Counted from the first letter of the stretch, positions 25,201-38,362 are shown. The stretch: DNA of 64,000 nucleotides from Macrostomum lignano (GCA_002269645.1 NIVC01001096.1:295332-359331), one strand, 5' to 3'. Notes: generated by a model from the letters alone, not told the origin. Translations and numbers: made by a program.

Positions 25201-26214
25201 TGTAGGGCGTTGATCTTCGAGCGGCTGAGGCAGGCCTTGGCCAGGTGGTTGAACTTGCCGCAGTTGGTGCACCGCTTGCCTAGCGCCCTGTTGCAGCTCC
25301 TGTGACCCGACTCGCCGCACCGAATGCACTTCGCGGATGGCTGCGGCTGGCGCGACGGTTTCAGCGGCGGGTGGCGCTGGCGGCGCACCTGCGCCACTTC
25401 CTCGGAGGCTGCCGTTGTCCTGGACATGATGGCCGCCTGCTTCTCTGCTGCCTCGTGCGTCCTGGCCAGTTGGAGGGTGTCCGCCAGGTTGATGTTGGGG
25501 AGGTTCAGCAGCCGCTTTCTCAGCGACTCGCTGCGGCAGCTGGCCACAATTTGGTCCCTGACGAGCGAATAACGTAGGCTCTCGAACTGGCAGGCTTCCG
25601 AGGCGCTCCAGAGTCTGCTGTGCCAGGCGTCTATTGACTCGCCTTCGTCCTGCACGCACTGGCGGAATTGGTAGAGGAGAAACACAATGTTGTCGCGACC
25701 TTGGAAATGCTTGGTGAACAGAGCGATCAGCTGGTCGACCGTGGGTTCGACTGTAGGTTCACCTTCTGTTGTGTCGGTCTCTGTTATTATGATCTTGCTA
25801 TACAGGTCGCTTACTTCTTTGCCTGCCGTGTATAGGAGGATCTGGCGTTTCTGTGTCTCGTTTGTGATGCCCGTGGCCGCCAGGTAGCGCGAAGGTTGGT
25901 TGACCACTAATGCCAGCGCTTACTTGTGGAGTGGGGGTCGTCTCTAATGCTAAAGTTACCTGGGGCCAGCAGTTGTAGGAAGGCCATGGTTCAGCCTTGC
26001 GACACCAATGTAATGACTCAGGAGTCAGGCAGTATTTGTGGCGTGCGAGAAAAAGTTCTTAACCCTCCAAGTAGGGTGGGACAATATTTATATATTTGGA
26101 AGCAATCTGATTGCAATGTGCACAAGAGCCGCATGCCTTACGTACATAAGTTGAGTAGCGACATGTACTTGCTAATACAATGTACAAGCTAGCACTAGCC
26201 AGAGTGGCATTACA
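22241..26214 (-). mobile_element. Decayed Ty3/gypsy LTR retrotransposon (Mag/K02A2.6-like), 3'-truncated
   Basis: Order is gag (ATG 25987; premature stop and frameshift; two CCHC-type knuckles), protease LIDSGA, RT (LDVAKAFHQI, WVHDD), RNaseH (DASPTGVGAIL, YSQTEREAL, TDHKPL), integrase (HQG..WWPGM..C..C, LDF, TDNGPPF). The pol region is split over 4-5 frames. No 3' LTR was found. Confidence 0.95.
26009..26214 (-). repeat. 5' LTR (206 bp) of the gypsy element, followed by a PBS-like TGGTGTCG at ~26000-26007
   Basis: On the minus strand it begins TGTAATG and ends CATTACA (7-bp inverted ends), contains TATATAAA, and is followed 1 nt later by TGG and then the gag ATG. Confidence 0.75.
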
Positions 26215-27464
26215 CAAATGTCCACAAATTTGTTTTACCATTTTATCCCACATTTTTGGATTTTGCCATGTATATAATTGAGGCCACGACTAGCTGTGGC
26301 CAGCTGGCCCCGAGCTTGTCCACTAGCTGCACTGCTGCCTATAAAAATTTCTAGTAAATTACTAGGTTTGCCATAGTCTAGAAAGTGGCCTTTATGCCAG
26401 GAAATTCTAATTGACAATCTTGTATACACTTGGCATATAGAATTTTCAGGTTCAATATGAAATGTACATAGTCAGCATACAAAAATAGCAGCATTCAGGG
26501 CTAATGTAATTATGTAGTTAAATATTAACCAACAAAAGCTCTTTGAAAAATAATTGGAAACTAGAATAAAAATACTAATAAAATTTATGAGAAAAAAAAT
26601 AAAACAAAGAATATCAGTTTTAGCAAACAATAGCCATTTTGAAATTAATAGAACTCTTTTATTTTTAATAATATATATTCTTTTGAAAAATTGGCATTCA
26701 AACAACTCTGGAATTGGCATAAAAAAATAAATTCTACATTGTCCTAAAATTGAAAGAATATGAAATTTCATTCCCGTGTATGCCTGCCATGATCTAAACT
26801 ATAGCAGGTTTGTCCTAATCAATTATAAGAATAGAGATACTAATGGAAGTGAGGTAGTCTATGCCAACAAGCTGAAGCATGTATATTAGCCCTATGCTCC
26901 TAACCTGTCTAGATAGCCAATGATTATAATAATAAAATGCCTTATAGTGGCTAGGTCCTAATATAAGTCTAATTGACTCTTTTATCAATGTTAATAACCT
27001 ATGTAGTTTATAGCTACGCCACACTTAGAGACATGGCTGCTATGTCTCTAAGTTTTGGCATTATAGACATGGCCGCCATGTCTATAAGTATGGACCTAGT
27101 CACTATTAGAGACATAGCTGTCATGTCAATGAAACTTGCACAGCAGCCGTGTCATTAATATTGAATGGGTTTACACTTAGACATGGTAGGTGGCTATGTC
27201 GTTAATATTGAATGGGTTCATACTTAGAGACACGGTGGGTGGCCTTGTCTTTAATATTGGAGCTTATAGGCACAACTGCATGTATATAATCATTGATTGG
27301 ATGAAAAAAGATTGATCGATTAAAAAGTCAGTTGTGACTTTTATAAAAATTAAATTAAACTAATTTTAATTTATTATTTTATTTTAATTAAAAACCTGGA
27401 AAAAGTTCAAGATGGAAAATTTTCTGTTTGCTAAAAAATTTCAAAGTAAAAAATAACTCTGACC

Positions 27465-27528
27465 ATTGAGGATTCAAACCCTTGCTATACGTGATCCCAA
27501 GGCAATTGACATATCCACTAAGCCACCA
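27465..27528 (-). pseudogene. Degenerate tRNA-like / SINE head (A- and B-box)
   Basis: Minus strand TGGCTTAGTGG...GGTTTGAATCC at tRNA-like spacing; no convincing cloverleaf. Confidence 0.45.
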
Positions 27529-29065
27529 TTTGCTTCTGAGAGAGCCCTATAGAACACGCGTTTTATATTGATGATTATTGCCATGCCTATAAGCTCAAAT
27601 ATTATAGACATCGCCACTGTGCCTATAAGTACTCTGTTATAGTTAAGTTGTATATTTGCCATAATTTATTTGGATCATATATTAGTATATACCAGGTTCA
27701 ATGCTAGAAAAAATGACAAGACCTCATTTGTATACTAGGTTTATATGCCAATACAAAACAATTGCCATTTGACACAATGTATATGCTATGTTATGTATGC
27801 TAGGATATATCCTAATGTATGCTAAAAAATGGTAAGACCCTTATTGTACATTGGGAAATCCTGGCATATATGTTGCCTTCCAAACTATGGCATTTTTGTA
27901 TATTGCTAATAGAGCTAAGGCCTACCTTTATTTGCATGGCATTAAGTTAAATATTTGTCTAATTTGTTTTTTAGAATTAAAATCAACTATTTTTCAGTTG
28001 TATTCTGCTTTCTAGACTAGTACTCATATGTAGATATCATATATGCGCAACCCCCCTGATTTACACTAGCCATGCGACTTACTTTTTGACCAAAAATGCA
28101 ACTTACCTGTGAAAGAAACCCTAATGCAATTTTGGCTAAATGGCAAGAGTAACTATAACTGTCTTATAAGGGCTAAATGCCTCATTATCTAATTAGTACT
28201 ATGTCTGTATTCTTTAGGCTAGGCATTTTTACAACTTACCCCTAGTCCACCACAATTTATGGTGGCCAGATCGGCCAGGGCAGCCAGCGGTTGCGCATGT
28301 ATGTAGATATTATATTTTAATTTTGCATTAACATAAGTCATAATTGTTTACATTTTAGTATTTAATTAATATTAATATACATTTATTATCATCTAATATT
28401 CTATTGAATAGGACTCAATATTTTTTGTTTCTCATTATATTACATTATGACCTCAGCAGTAGGTTAGGTTTTATAGATAAAAAATTATACAAAAAATTAT
28501 GCCAAAAAAATAAAATTTCAAATATAGTAGAAGTAAAAACTAGTTCTTTACCGGTTGACATGCTTTTGTTACAACTGCAGGTCCTAATACATGAAGGAAG
28601 TTTAGACTAAGAGTAACAAACAAAAAGATTTGAGTTTGAGCCTTCAGCTTCACACCTTCCATTGTTTAAATTGTTTACAAAGGATTTTCTGCCTCAGTAT
28701 TTAAACAGTCTTTGAAAAAAATTATTAAAAAGTAAACTGAAGGCGTATTTAATCTAGCCTTAAGCAAAGCCAGAACTTAGCTTAGTTGTTCACGGAGGCT
28801 TAGTTAAGCCTCTTAGGATAGGCCTAGACGGCTAGACCTAGTAGGCCTACTACAATTGTATAAAAATATTAAAAAGGAGCGAAATGAAAGAAGGATTAGG
28901 ATGATCGCAGTAAAAAAATTTCTATAACCTGTAAATTGCTTCTGTAAATTATATTTTCTTCATACACAGTGCAGTTGCTCAATGCTACTCTCCACTTAAT
29001 TAGGTACTTTTACTAAGCAACGTGTCCCCTAAATTTTCTTCGAAACAAAAGCAAAAGCAAGACAT

Positions 29066-32000
29066 GGGTGATTACTCATCGAGAGGTTTTGGAGGTTCTG
29101 AGGTTTTTCAGAGGTTTCATTTCGAACAAATATTTTTGCACAAAAATTTTAATACTGTACAAAAATTGAAATCTTACTGAAATTTATTAATGAATACAAA
29201 TTTTCTTTAGAATATAGCTCGGAGGTTTGGATTCTTTTTAATTTTTCTTCTGATAGGCACGCGCGGAAATTATTTAACTTAGGCAACTATTTTATGCTTA
29301 AGAAAGTGGTTTTTTAAAAACACTGCACGCAACACAACACACTGGTGGGTCGTTCGCAAATTCTAGGAGGAGCAAAAATTTTAACAATTTTCCGAACATT
29401 TACTATTGTTACTGCCATATTCAAAATAATAGGACACTTTTATCTGTGAATAAAGATAATTTTTGGGTTGAACTTTATCATGCAAAAGTGTTTTTAATCA
29501 TCTGGCGGTATTAAGCGATAATTAGCGATGAAAAAATTCAAATTCAATCATTTCACCGATGTTAATTTTTGATACTACAAGATGTCTGTAGCTAAAACAA
29601 GTTGTTGTTGTGTTGAAACCTTGCTATATTACATTTAAAATGAAAGCTTATATAAATTTAATTTAAGAATTTTTTAAAGCTCAATAAACTGCACTGTAAA
29701 TGATTTTATAGACGCTTAACTGGACGCCTAGCATTTCCGGTGGGATAGCCTCTTTGCGTCTCACAAAATGTATTTTTTAGCTGACGTCTAGAATGTGCGC
29801 TTAAAATGATACATTTTGATGCAGATAATTAGAAAAACATGTCTTATTATCTTTTTGTAAAAAATTATTATGAAATAGAGCACTATTGTTGATAAAAATA
29901 ATTAAAAGCAACCATGCATCGCAATTAACTCCTACTTTGAAGCACAAAATAAATATCCTGTAACCACACTAGCATTCTCCATGGAGCACCTTTTGAGCTG
30001 AAATTTTACACAGATATCCAGTAAAGTAAACTGAGCAAATGATTTTTTTTGTTTTTGAAAATACTTCAATTTGGCTATGTATCAGTTAGTTCATTGGACA
30101 TATTTATTATATTTTTATTAAAATCCTTGTAACCAAGCTACAGAGAAACATGTGCAAAACTGGACCTTGAAATTTGACCTGAATGATCAGCAAATGTGTA
30201 TCTCGAAATGATTTTTTTTTGTTTTCATCAAGTCATTCTATGCTAATTTTTTCTGAAGGGAAAGATACCATATATTTAGAGTCAATAGGGGAAGCATTTA
30301 GACTTATTCAATAGTCATTAAAATTGCAACTATATTATTATAATATAGTAATAATATTATACATGTATTATATAGTAATATTAACTTCTAAGATGCCCTT
30401 ATAAATTTAAGTAAAGACAACAGGCCTTAATTAATTAATCAGCATTTTGAAGAAACTGACCTTATACAGATGGGCCCCAAGCTAAGAAATGAATGTAGAG
30501 CTTATTTCGTGTAAGGTATAAAAATCGATTTATTATAATAAATACTCCTAATAAATTGGTTAAGTTAGTTATTTACCTTGAATTATTTTAATTTAATAAT
30601 TAAATATATAAATTTGTTTCACTTCTTACTGCATTTAAATAGAGTACCTCTCTACTATACTATAGAAGTATAGTAAAAGTATGGTAAAAAGGTATAGTAA
30701 AAATTTTCTTTGGTTTAATCCCAGCTTGCCTCAGTTTTTTAGTCTTAATACGAGCTAGATAGTAAGTGTTGATTAATTTGCTCCATCACCTTTTGCCACG
30801 GAAACAGCACATGTCGGACATGCAACACTCTTCCTGATCCCTGGATCCAAGATGACTGCTTCTGCTTCTTCAATGCTTGAAAACTGAGCTCATGGAGCTT
30901 TAGGTTATGCTGTCAGAGTGCTGCTGCCGGTGCTGTGTGTGTATGTGTGTGTCTTCTGTGGGTAGGTTCCCTGTCCCTCAGTTTAGCCACTGTTGTGGGC
31001 TAACTGGAGGAATTGCCGTTGTCGGTGCTGCAGGTGGCACTGCATGGTAGTATTGACGCTGTCAGTGACGCTGGCAAAGGCTTGGACGAAGCTAGGTGCC
31101 GTCATTGTCAGAAGGACATGCGTGTGCTGCTTAGACCAGTGCGCACATTCGACTGGACTCGTATCTGGTGCAGTCTGGTGTATTCACTGAGATTGTGTGG
31201 ATCTGCCTCCTCGCATCACCTCAACCAGGCTCAATTTCTTTTGTAGAATTTTCGTGCGCTGCTTAACTGCATCTTGTGCCTGCTGAGTGATGCCAAGAAT
31301 TGTGCCACACAATAATTTGGCCCATAAACTACTCGTATATTATACATATGTATGCACAGCACACACACACGCAGTTCATTCTTATTAAATGTACTAGTTA
31401 ATGGAATTCTCATCTCATGAGCTCTAGTCTATGGACAAACCTGAAATTACTAGAATATCTAGATAGATCTAAACTTCTTTGAGCAGCGCGCTGCGCTGCG
31501 AGCAAAATACATGTAGATTCCTTAGCGCAACTAATTAATAGTGTAGTACAGTCTACAGCCTGAAGTAGCCTGTGTAAGATGCGGAGGGATGATTTTTGCA
31601 TAGGAAGCCACTACGGTAAGGTTGATGGAACTATGGGGAGGTGAGAGATTCAAAGCGAGGGACGGAAGCCATGCATAGTTCGATCATAAGTTTAATTTTG
31701 CATGAGTCTGGGGATGCATTAACGAGAGGCGGACGAGAGCATAGAAATAAAGCGGGCTAAATATATTAATACACAAAATTACATGTACTAGCTAGTAATT
31801 TCAGAATGGTCAGCGACTCCTCCGATTTGTATCCGCGACCGCGTGCCCACAAATCCCCCGGCAGACCCTGTCGCAGTTGGTGGTTGTGCACAGAATACAA
31901 TGTTAATTTTCGAGCTTCTCTGCAAAAAATGCGTGATGCACTCAAGATGCGTGCTATAGTCTACTTCTTTGATTAGATGGCTGGGTTTTGCCTTTTCGCT

Positions 32001-35000
32001 TGTGATCATCAAAAGCGTGGGCGTCATTGCTACTGGTGTTTCAGTGTGCGCATTATGTCTGGTTATCATATTATGTGCATGTGCAGTGTCTTTTACCTAC
32101 ATTTTTGTTTGTCTCTGTTTCCTGCATGCTCTTTCGCATTTTTACACCTCGCACATCCTCATTTTTCTCAATTAACAAGTGAAATCTTTTCTTAAAGACT
32201 AATTGCTATTTTAGTTAAGCTAGTAGGTTTTTGGTAATTAAATAATTCAATTTTGTCTATTTTCCAAAAAGTTTCAAAAAATGAATTAATTAAAATAAAT
32301 TTGAATTATTTTAAGTTAATTGGAGTAAAATGTCTAATAAGTAACTATAATTTTTTATTTTAAGTACATGTAGCTTTGGTATAAGTATTAATGTAATAAG
32401 TACTTAAAGTAAAATCAAGCAAGTTATAGTTTTCAGAAATTATGCTACAAATAATCAAATATATACTAGTATCCGAATTCCTTTATTAAGGAACATGCAG
32501 TCGATATTAAATCCACAATGTGCTTTTTGGTGTTCAAGGATAGTTCCCTGACTTTTTCTATTATTAGTTAGATTTTATTATATTTAATGTAAAAATAAAA
32601 ACAATTCTATTCACCATAAAAATGAACATTCTTTATTTGTCGAATCATCTTAACTTTGAAAAGATACATAGTGAAAACTTGATTTTTAATTCAACCTTTC
32701 AAGACTTATTTAGACTTCTTAATTCAGTGATTAGTTAAACTGATCGAAGTCCTTTCGAGTGCATGCTATAATAATTTCGCACTTTTTCGCACACGATAAT
32801 TTTAAATGTCTGGGATTTAGAGCAGAGTAACAAAATGCTGTGCTCAAAAACATTTCCTTTGTCAATTTCTTGTTCTTTTATTTTTGCAAAAGAAATTTAA
32901 CTGCATATTTAAAGTAAAAATAGAAGAAAATTTTATTTTCTCTTTAATATTTTTGTCGTTTATTTTCCGCAACAAAGAATAACAAATAGCCTTGATTTCT
33001 TGTCAATTTCAAGTTTTCTTGTGGTTTTAGTAGCAGCTTCTTACAGAAATTGTCAAAAGAATTTTTTTGTACGATTATTGGTCGATGTATAAACTTTTTT
33101 TGCAATAACAAAAAGTTGTGACCTAGCTTTGAGAACGACCCTGGTAATGTCATCGTTGCCATTGGCATTTACATTCAAGGTGCAAAAACAAAATAAAAAA
33201 TATTCGACTTAAAGGCGCTGCTTGAAATATACTGAAAACATATAGACAGCTGTTTCATCCATTTCCTGTTTTTACTTTTGAGTGCTGCATACCATTTTGC
33301 ATTCGAATTATGTAATGACATTGACGACCTGCATGCATACTGCCTCAGAGAAGTAAATAGAAGAATTATTCTTGTCTCAATGTTTTTTATAAATATATGA
33401 TGGCCTAGAATTACAAGTATGCATTTTTATTACTTAAAGCAGAGCATTTAACTTTTAATCATAAAATTTATTTTAATTACTAAAAGCTATTAGCTTTTCT
33501 CTCAAAAAATAACACTAGTTGCACAACTGCTACTGCTGACAAAAGCTCTAACACCTTAGATTTAGTTCTTATACAAACAAAATGCTTGCAGTAAGACTTT
33601 GTACATGTATTGTATTGCACCACCTTTGTTTGATGCTAAAAATATATGTTGAGCAATAAGCTAGATAGCCGATACCAATATTTTTACTAGAATTAAAACT
33701 AAAAAGTCATTGGACACATTTTTGACATTGTTTATTTAAAAATATCATAATTTCTTCAATATAAATGTATTATTGGCATCTTTAAAGATTGCAAGAACAA
33801 ATGTATAGGAAAATCATTATGTTTATTGACTTTTGAAATTGATTGTTTATGAAAAGTTATAGATAAAAGTAATCATAATCAATGCCTTTTATTTCAACAT
33901 ACTTTGTTTCAGCTGCCAATACCATGCCTGAACTACCGCTTGCCTGGTCTCCTGCCTGCATTCTGAGCCTGTACAGGCCAACAATGCTTCATGTTTGTCT
34001 AATCTAATAACAGGCATTATGGCATTCCATGTCCTATACCCACTTATGTTGCGTCTTAGTGCAACCTAGCTCGCCACCCTTAGAGCTTTGGCAGGCTGGT
34101 TGCTTTTGTGGTGGCAATTGGTTTGGTTGTCAGCATACAGAAGATGGCTGTGCTCTAGCTACTAACCAGATGACATCAACCGACAGCCTAGGGGCTAATC
34201 TACTGCGCACTGCCTTCGAGATGAGTGACTGAAGTTCTTCAACTGCTTGCTGGCTGACGCGCTACAGCCTTCGTTTTTGCAGGCATCGTCTTTAATATGC
34301 GCATTAACTCCTAAAGTTAAGAACTTCACTTTCATCTGAGTAAATAACAAGAAAAGACTTATATTCTCTCATGTAAAGATCTGAAATGTGAACTTTTAAA
34401 CTGTTTTGATTTGACTCTCAAAGAATATTTATAATATAGCGTATTTAGGTAATGTAACAGCAATGTATAGATAAATATACATACTGATAGAGAAAATACA
34501 AAACGTTCCTTCTTTGTTTTTGAAATGCATTCTTGCAATGTTCGATGTTTTAAAAATGTAAAGCCTAAAAAATAAGGCAAGACCAATTGGCAACTACTGT
34601 GAAGCTCGTTTGCTTGTATCAAGTTGGCGTTCGCTGGCTGACATTGGGTTATCTATCAGACTTGGAGTCTCGCCGCACTAAACCCTTGAAAAAACATTAG
34701 CCAGCCTTTTGAGATGCAGCATAGCATTCCAGGTTCAATGACATGTCTATGAAGATGCATCCTACATCGTCAAGACCACCGAGGTGATCGAGACCTCAAT
34801 ATTGTAGGGTGAGGAACATGGGCGATGCTTCTCCAGTGCGCAGTTTCCGCTACGGCCAGCAAAGTGCAATTGGGCAGTCGCATTATGTCAGTTGTAGTGA
34901 GTTCCATTTGGATCAGCACTCGGCTGCTGCTGCTGTTGGACAAAAATGCTTGGTGTGAGTTCCCTTGACACAATTCCCGCAGGGCAATCAGGTGGGCTGC

Positions 35001-36808
35001 AAATTCCTCTCCAAGATTGGCACCAGCATGCCTGACATTGGTTTTCATGGCCTCCAATTGAGACTATCGAACCAGTTGATGCTGGAAGCCCAAAAATGCG
35101 ACAATGGGACTCGAGTGCTGCAATGATGAGCAACAACGCTGAAGTCGAGCTGCACCAAAATGTCCTGTAATGGGTAATAGTGAAATGAGGAATTTTATCT
35201 GTCTAATCATTGGAATGAACTTCCCTGAAAGGTCATGCCATAATTTTTGCTGAAAATCGCGCCATTAGGAATTTAGGGACACTAGCCATGTAACATGTAT
35301 GAATGTCATCTCTTGCCCCAACCATTGGCCTTTGCTTTCAGCTACCCTTGATCCTCATAACATGTATATTGGAAAGACAGCATTTAGAAAATTTACTCAC
35401 TTGTTGCAGTCAAATGTAGTGAAGACCTTGGGGTGTCAAGAAAGACACTTGGTGGATTAATTTAATCGACTTCTAGAAGCATATCATCTTGTGCAAAGGT
35501 ATTTTAGTAGGTCATTGCTTTGCACAAATTCCCATAGTTTGATGGGCTCTGGAAAGATGGCATGATTGATAAAGGAATACAATGTTAGTCTTACATTTTA
35601 GTATATGGATGTAGTGTAAGTACTTAACATCATAAGAAAATCTAAAGATTTATAACCTTCTCCCCAACATGGTTGGCACCATGCATTTCATTGGCATGAC
35701 AACTACTGTGGATGATAAGAGAGTATATTGGTTTAATATTAAAAAAATTCACTTATAAAGTTAATTAAAAACTGAATAAAAATGTGATAACTAGGCATAC
35801 ATAAGTACAAGCTACTATTTACTTTGAATATTTGCATAAAAAGACAAAAACCAAAGCAAGTTACTAATGTATAAGAGTAATAGAAATTGTACTCACCCAT
35901 ATCAACTTAAATTATAACTGAATATAAATAGCTATTAATAAATTATAATTAAAATTAAAAAGTAAAAATTTCAGTTCATTAGAGCTTTCAAATTTATACA
36001 TAGAGGTAGAGCAATCAAATAAAAAATTGCCATTTTTAAAGCCTGGTGAAGAGAATTATTCACTAGGATTAGAGACTTAGTCTTAGGTAATAAATATTTT
36101 TATCCTGTGCATAGTGTGTTAGGATTTAGGATGATGATGTAAAAATAGTAAAATAATATAAAATAAAAATAATTTTTTAGTAAATTGGATATAAAATAAA
36201 AAAAGAATATCAAATAAGTGAAATAAAAATAATATATTTTACATTAAATATGCCTAGTAAAATACTTAGGGCCTTTAGTTAGTTAGACTAACAATCTATA
36301 TTAAATAGCGACTGATACTGATTTGATGAAAAAAATACTGACTTGGTCTTGTTAGTGTTAGTCATAATTTAAGTCTGGCTTAAAAATTGATAGCTTTCTT
36401 AAGACCAAGTAAAAAACAATATGAAATTCGCATTGGTAAATAGTGTCTGTATTTAATTACATGGACAGGTCTAGTAGAAATTAGGATAGTTACGAATATG
36501 CATTGAAAGGGAACAACACACACTTGTGACGATTCGCAACTTTGCGCTTATGAAATGAAATGTCATGGAAGTCCCTACCACTTCGCACAAAAACAGTTAA
36601 ATAATTTTCGCGCGTGCCTATCAGAAGCAAAATTAAAAAGAATCCGAAACCTCCGAGCTATATTCTAAAGAAAATTTGTATTCATTAGTAAATTACAGTA
36701 AGATTTTAATTTTTGTACAGTATTAAAATTTTTGTGCAAAAATATTTGTTCAAAATGAAACCTCTGAAAAACCTCAAAACCTCCGAAACCTCTCGATGAG
36801 AATCACCC
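29066..36808. mobile_element. Mutator-like (MULE-type) DNA transposon, 7743 bp, no intact transposase seen
   Basis: ~214-bp TIRs (29066-29279 and 36595-36808, about 10 differences) starting GGGTGATT; identical 9-bp flanks GCAAGACAT at 29057-29065 and 36809-36817. Confidence 0.88.
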
Positions 36809-37999
36809 GCAAGACATCGCTTCAAGGCTTGCTCGCCAAAATTAACAAACTCTAATGAAACTACAAAGTAGTTACGTACTAATTGGTACTACTGATGAAA
36901 AAAAAATTTAAACATTTTTAATGAAAAGTGTTAAATTATAAAATTACTTATTATTTCTCAGATTTGACTTCCGACAATGAAGCATTAAGCCTCTTCGCAT
37001 TACCAATTCCAGAACAAGAATCGGTTCGAATATCCCAAGAAAAACAGCATTATAACTATTTAACTCTGTTAATATTTGACTGCCTTTACAGCCTCACTTT
37101 GCACAACTTTTCACTTTCTTCTTGGCGATTTTCATTCAATAATTAAGAGTTTATAGCAAGTATAAGCCCACTAGTTAAGGAGACAAAGTTATCCTTTACA
37201 AATTGGTTCTGGTTCTAGAACCAGAACAAGGAATATGAAGAGCCTCATTGTAAACTCCAGTACTTTGGCTTACGTCAGAAACTACTGCAGCTGAACTCTA
37301 GGTTTCTGTTGAAAGCGCTACTATAGCTCGTTAAACTATATTTAACCGAGTTCAGCACCACTTACTGGTATGGTCCGGCTTAATGTCTGCAACAAATTGG
37401 CAACAAAATCTAGCTTTACTGTCTAGAGAGTTGCATTAGACCGCAACTATTGGAAGCAGTTAATATGGTTTCTCAAGTGGATTGAAAAAAATTCTGAATT
37501 AGTCAACATGATAATATAAGTCTATAATAATTATGATTATTTGCATGACGGCTGCAACCCTGCAAACAAAAATACTATGCTTGCTATTTTAGTGTACGTG
37601 GTATTCTATACTGGTGGGACTACTCATTTGCAAATTTAATATGCAGGTTGGCAGGTATCTCAAAATTTATTGACTTTGCTTGAGTCGAGCTGGATTAAGT
37701 TTGGATTGTCACACTGGCGATCATGAAGTTGCTTCTTAGAGAAACTGCAGACTAGCGCAGCATGTAGAGTATGATTTGAAATAATTAAATGAAAACAAAG
37801 TTCGCAAGCAATAAAAATCTTTTATTCCATGCTTCTGTGCTTCCACGGATGCCAAGCCGTAAACGCCATGTTTAATATATTTGGATCTAACGCTTTATTA
37901 TATGGCTATGAATCCAACCAACGTAAAACAGCGCATTCGCGAATATGAAGGTAAGTTGAATATTCAATAATTATAGTTAGCATGTACTATTAGCATCGG

Positions 38000-38206
38000 T
38001 CAACGCAACCGACGCGCCTCCCGCTCAGACTCTAACAGAGTGAGAATATCGCCCTCGCGTACTGGGCCCTTCACGTTGCGAATAATCGATCTACTGCTCT
38101 CGTCGAGAAATTCAACGCGAACCTGGGTGCACTGGCCTTGGGATCCGGTTCGGCCAACCACCTTGGTGACGCGGGCAAGACGGGGCTGTCCGGTTTTTGA
38201 GTCCAT
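38000..38206 (-). CDS. RPS28: 40S ribosomal protein S28 (68 aa)
   Basis: [68 protein letters not shown] at 38206; the track start at 38260 is an upstream non-ATG codon. Confidence 0.98.
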   Translation of the reverse strand: MDSKTGQPRLARVTKVVGRTGSQGQCTQVRVEFLDESSRSIIRNVKGPVREGDILTLLESEREARRLR

Positions 38207-38217
38207 TGTTATTTGAG

Positions 38218-38362
38218 CTGAAATTTTTTTTTTAATTTTGTTAGAAACGTTCAATGACAAAATCTACGCAAAGATTTCAAATTGAGTAGACAAGGTGTAA
38301 AATTAGAGTTCTTGCTAACAGAAAATAATTAGTGACATACGAGTCGTATAAAGAAAGCAAAA
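38218..38362 (-). promoter_or_regulatory. RPS28 5'-TOP-like non-coding exon and 5'UTR intron (38340-38218)
   Basis: Minus strand TTTTGCTTTCTTTATACGACTC|GTATGT...TTTCAG|CTCAAATAACAATG. Confidence 0.65.

Noticed and set aside
25960-26253. ORF 26059-26253, or a CWPQ|GT segment, as the missing ELAPOR signal-peptide exon
   Set aside because: Wrong splice phase or no in-frame ATG; the region is better explained as the gypsy LTR, PBS and gag start.
31969-32195. Hydrophobic plus-strand ORF as a membrane protein
   Set aside because: It is the antisense shadow of an A-rich decayed minus-strand coding segment (the CXXC remnant).
37900-37956. Plus-strand mini-exon (MAMNPTNVKQRIREYE|GTAAGT)
   Set aside because: It overlaps the RPS28 3'UTR in antisense and no downstream plus-strand exon was found.
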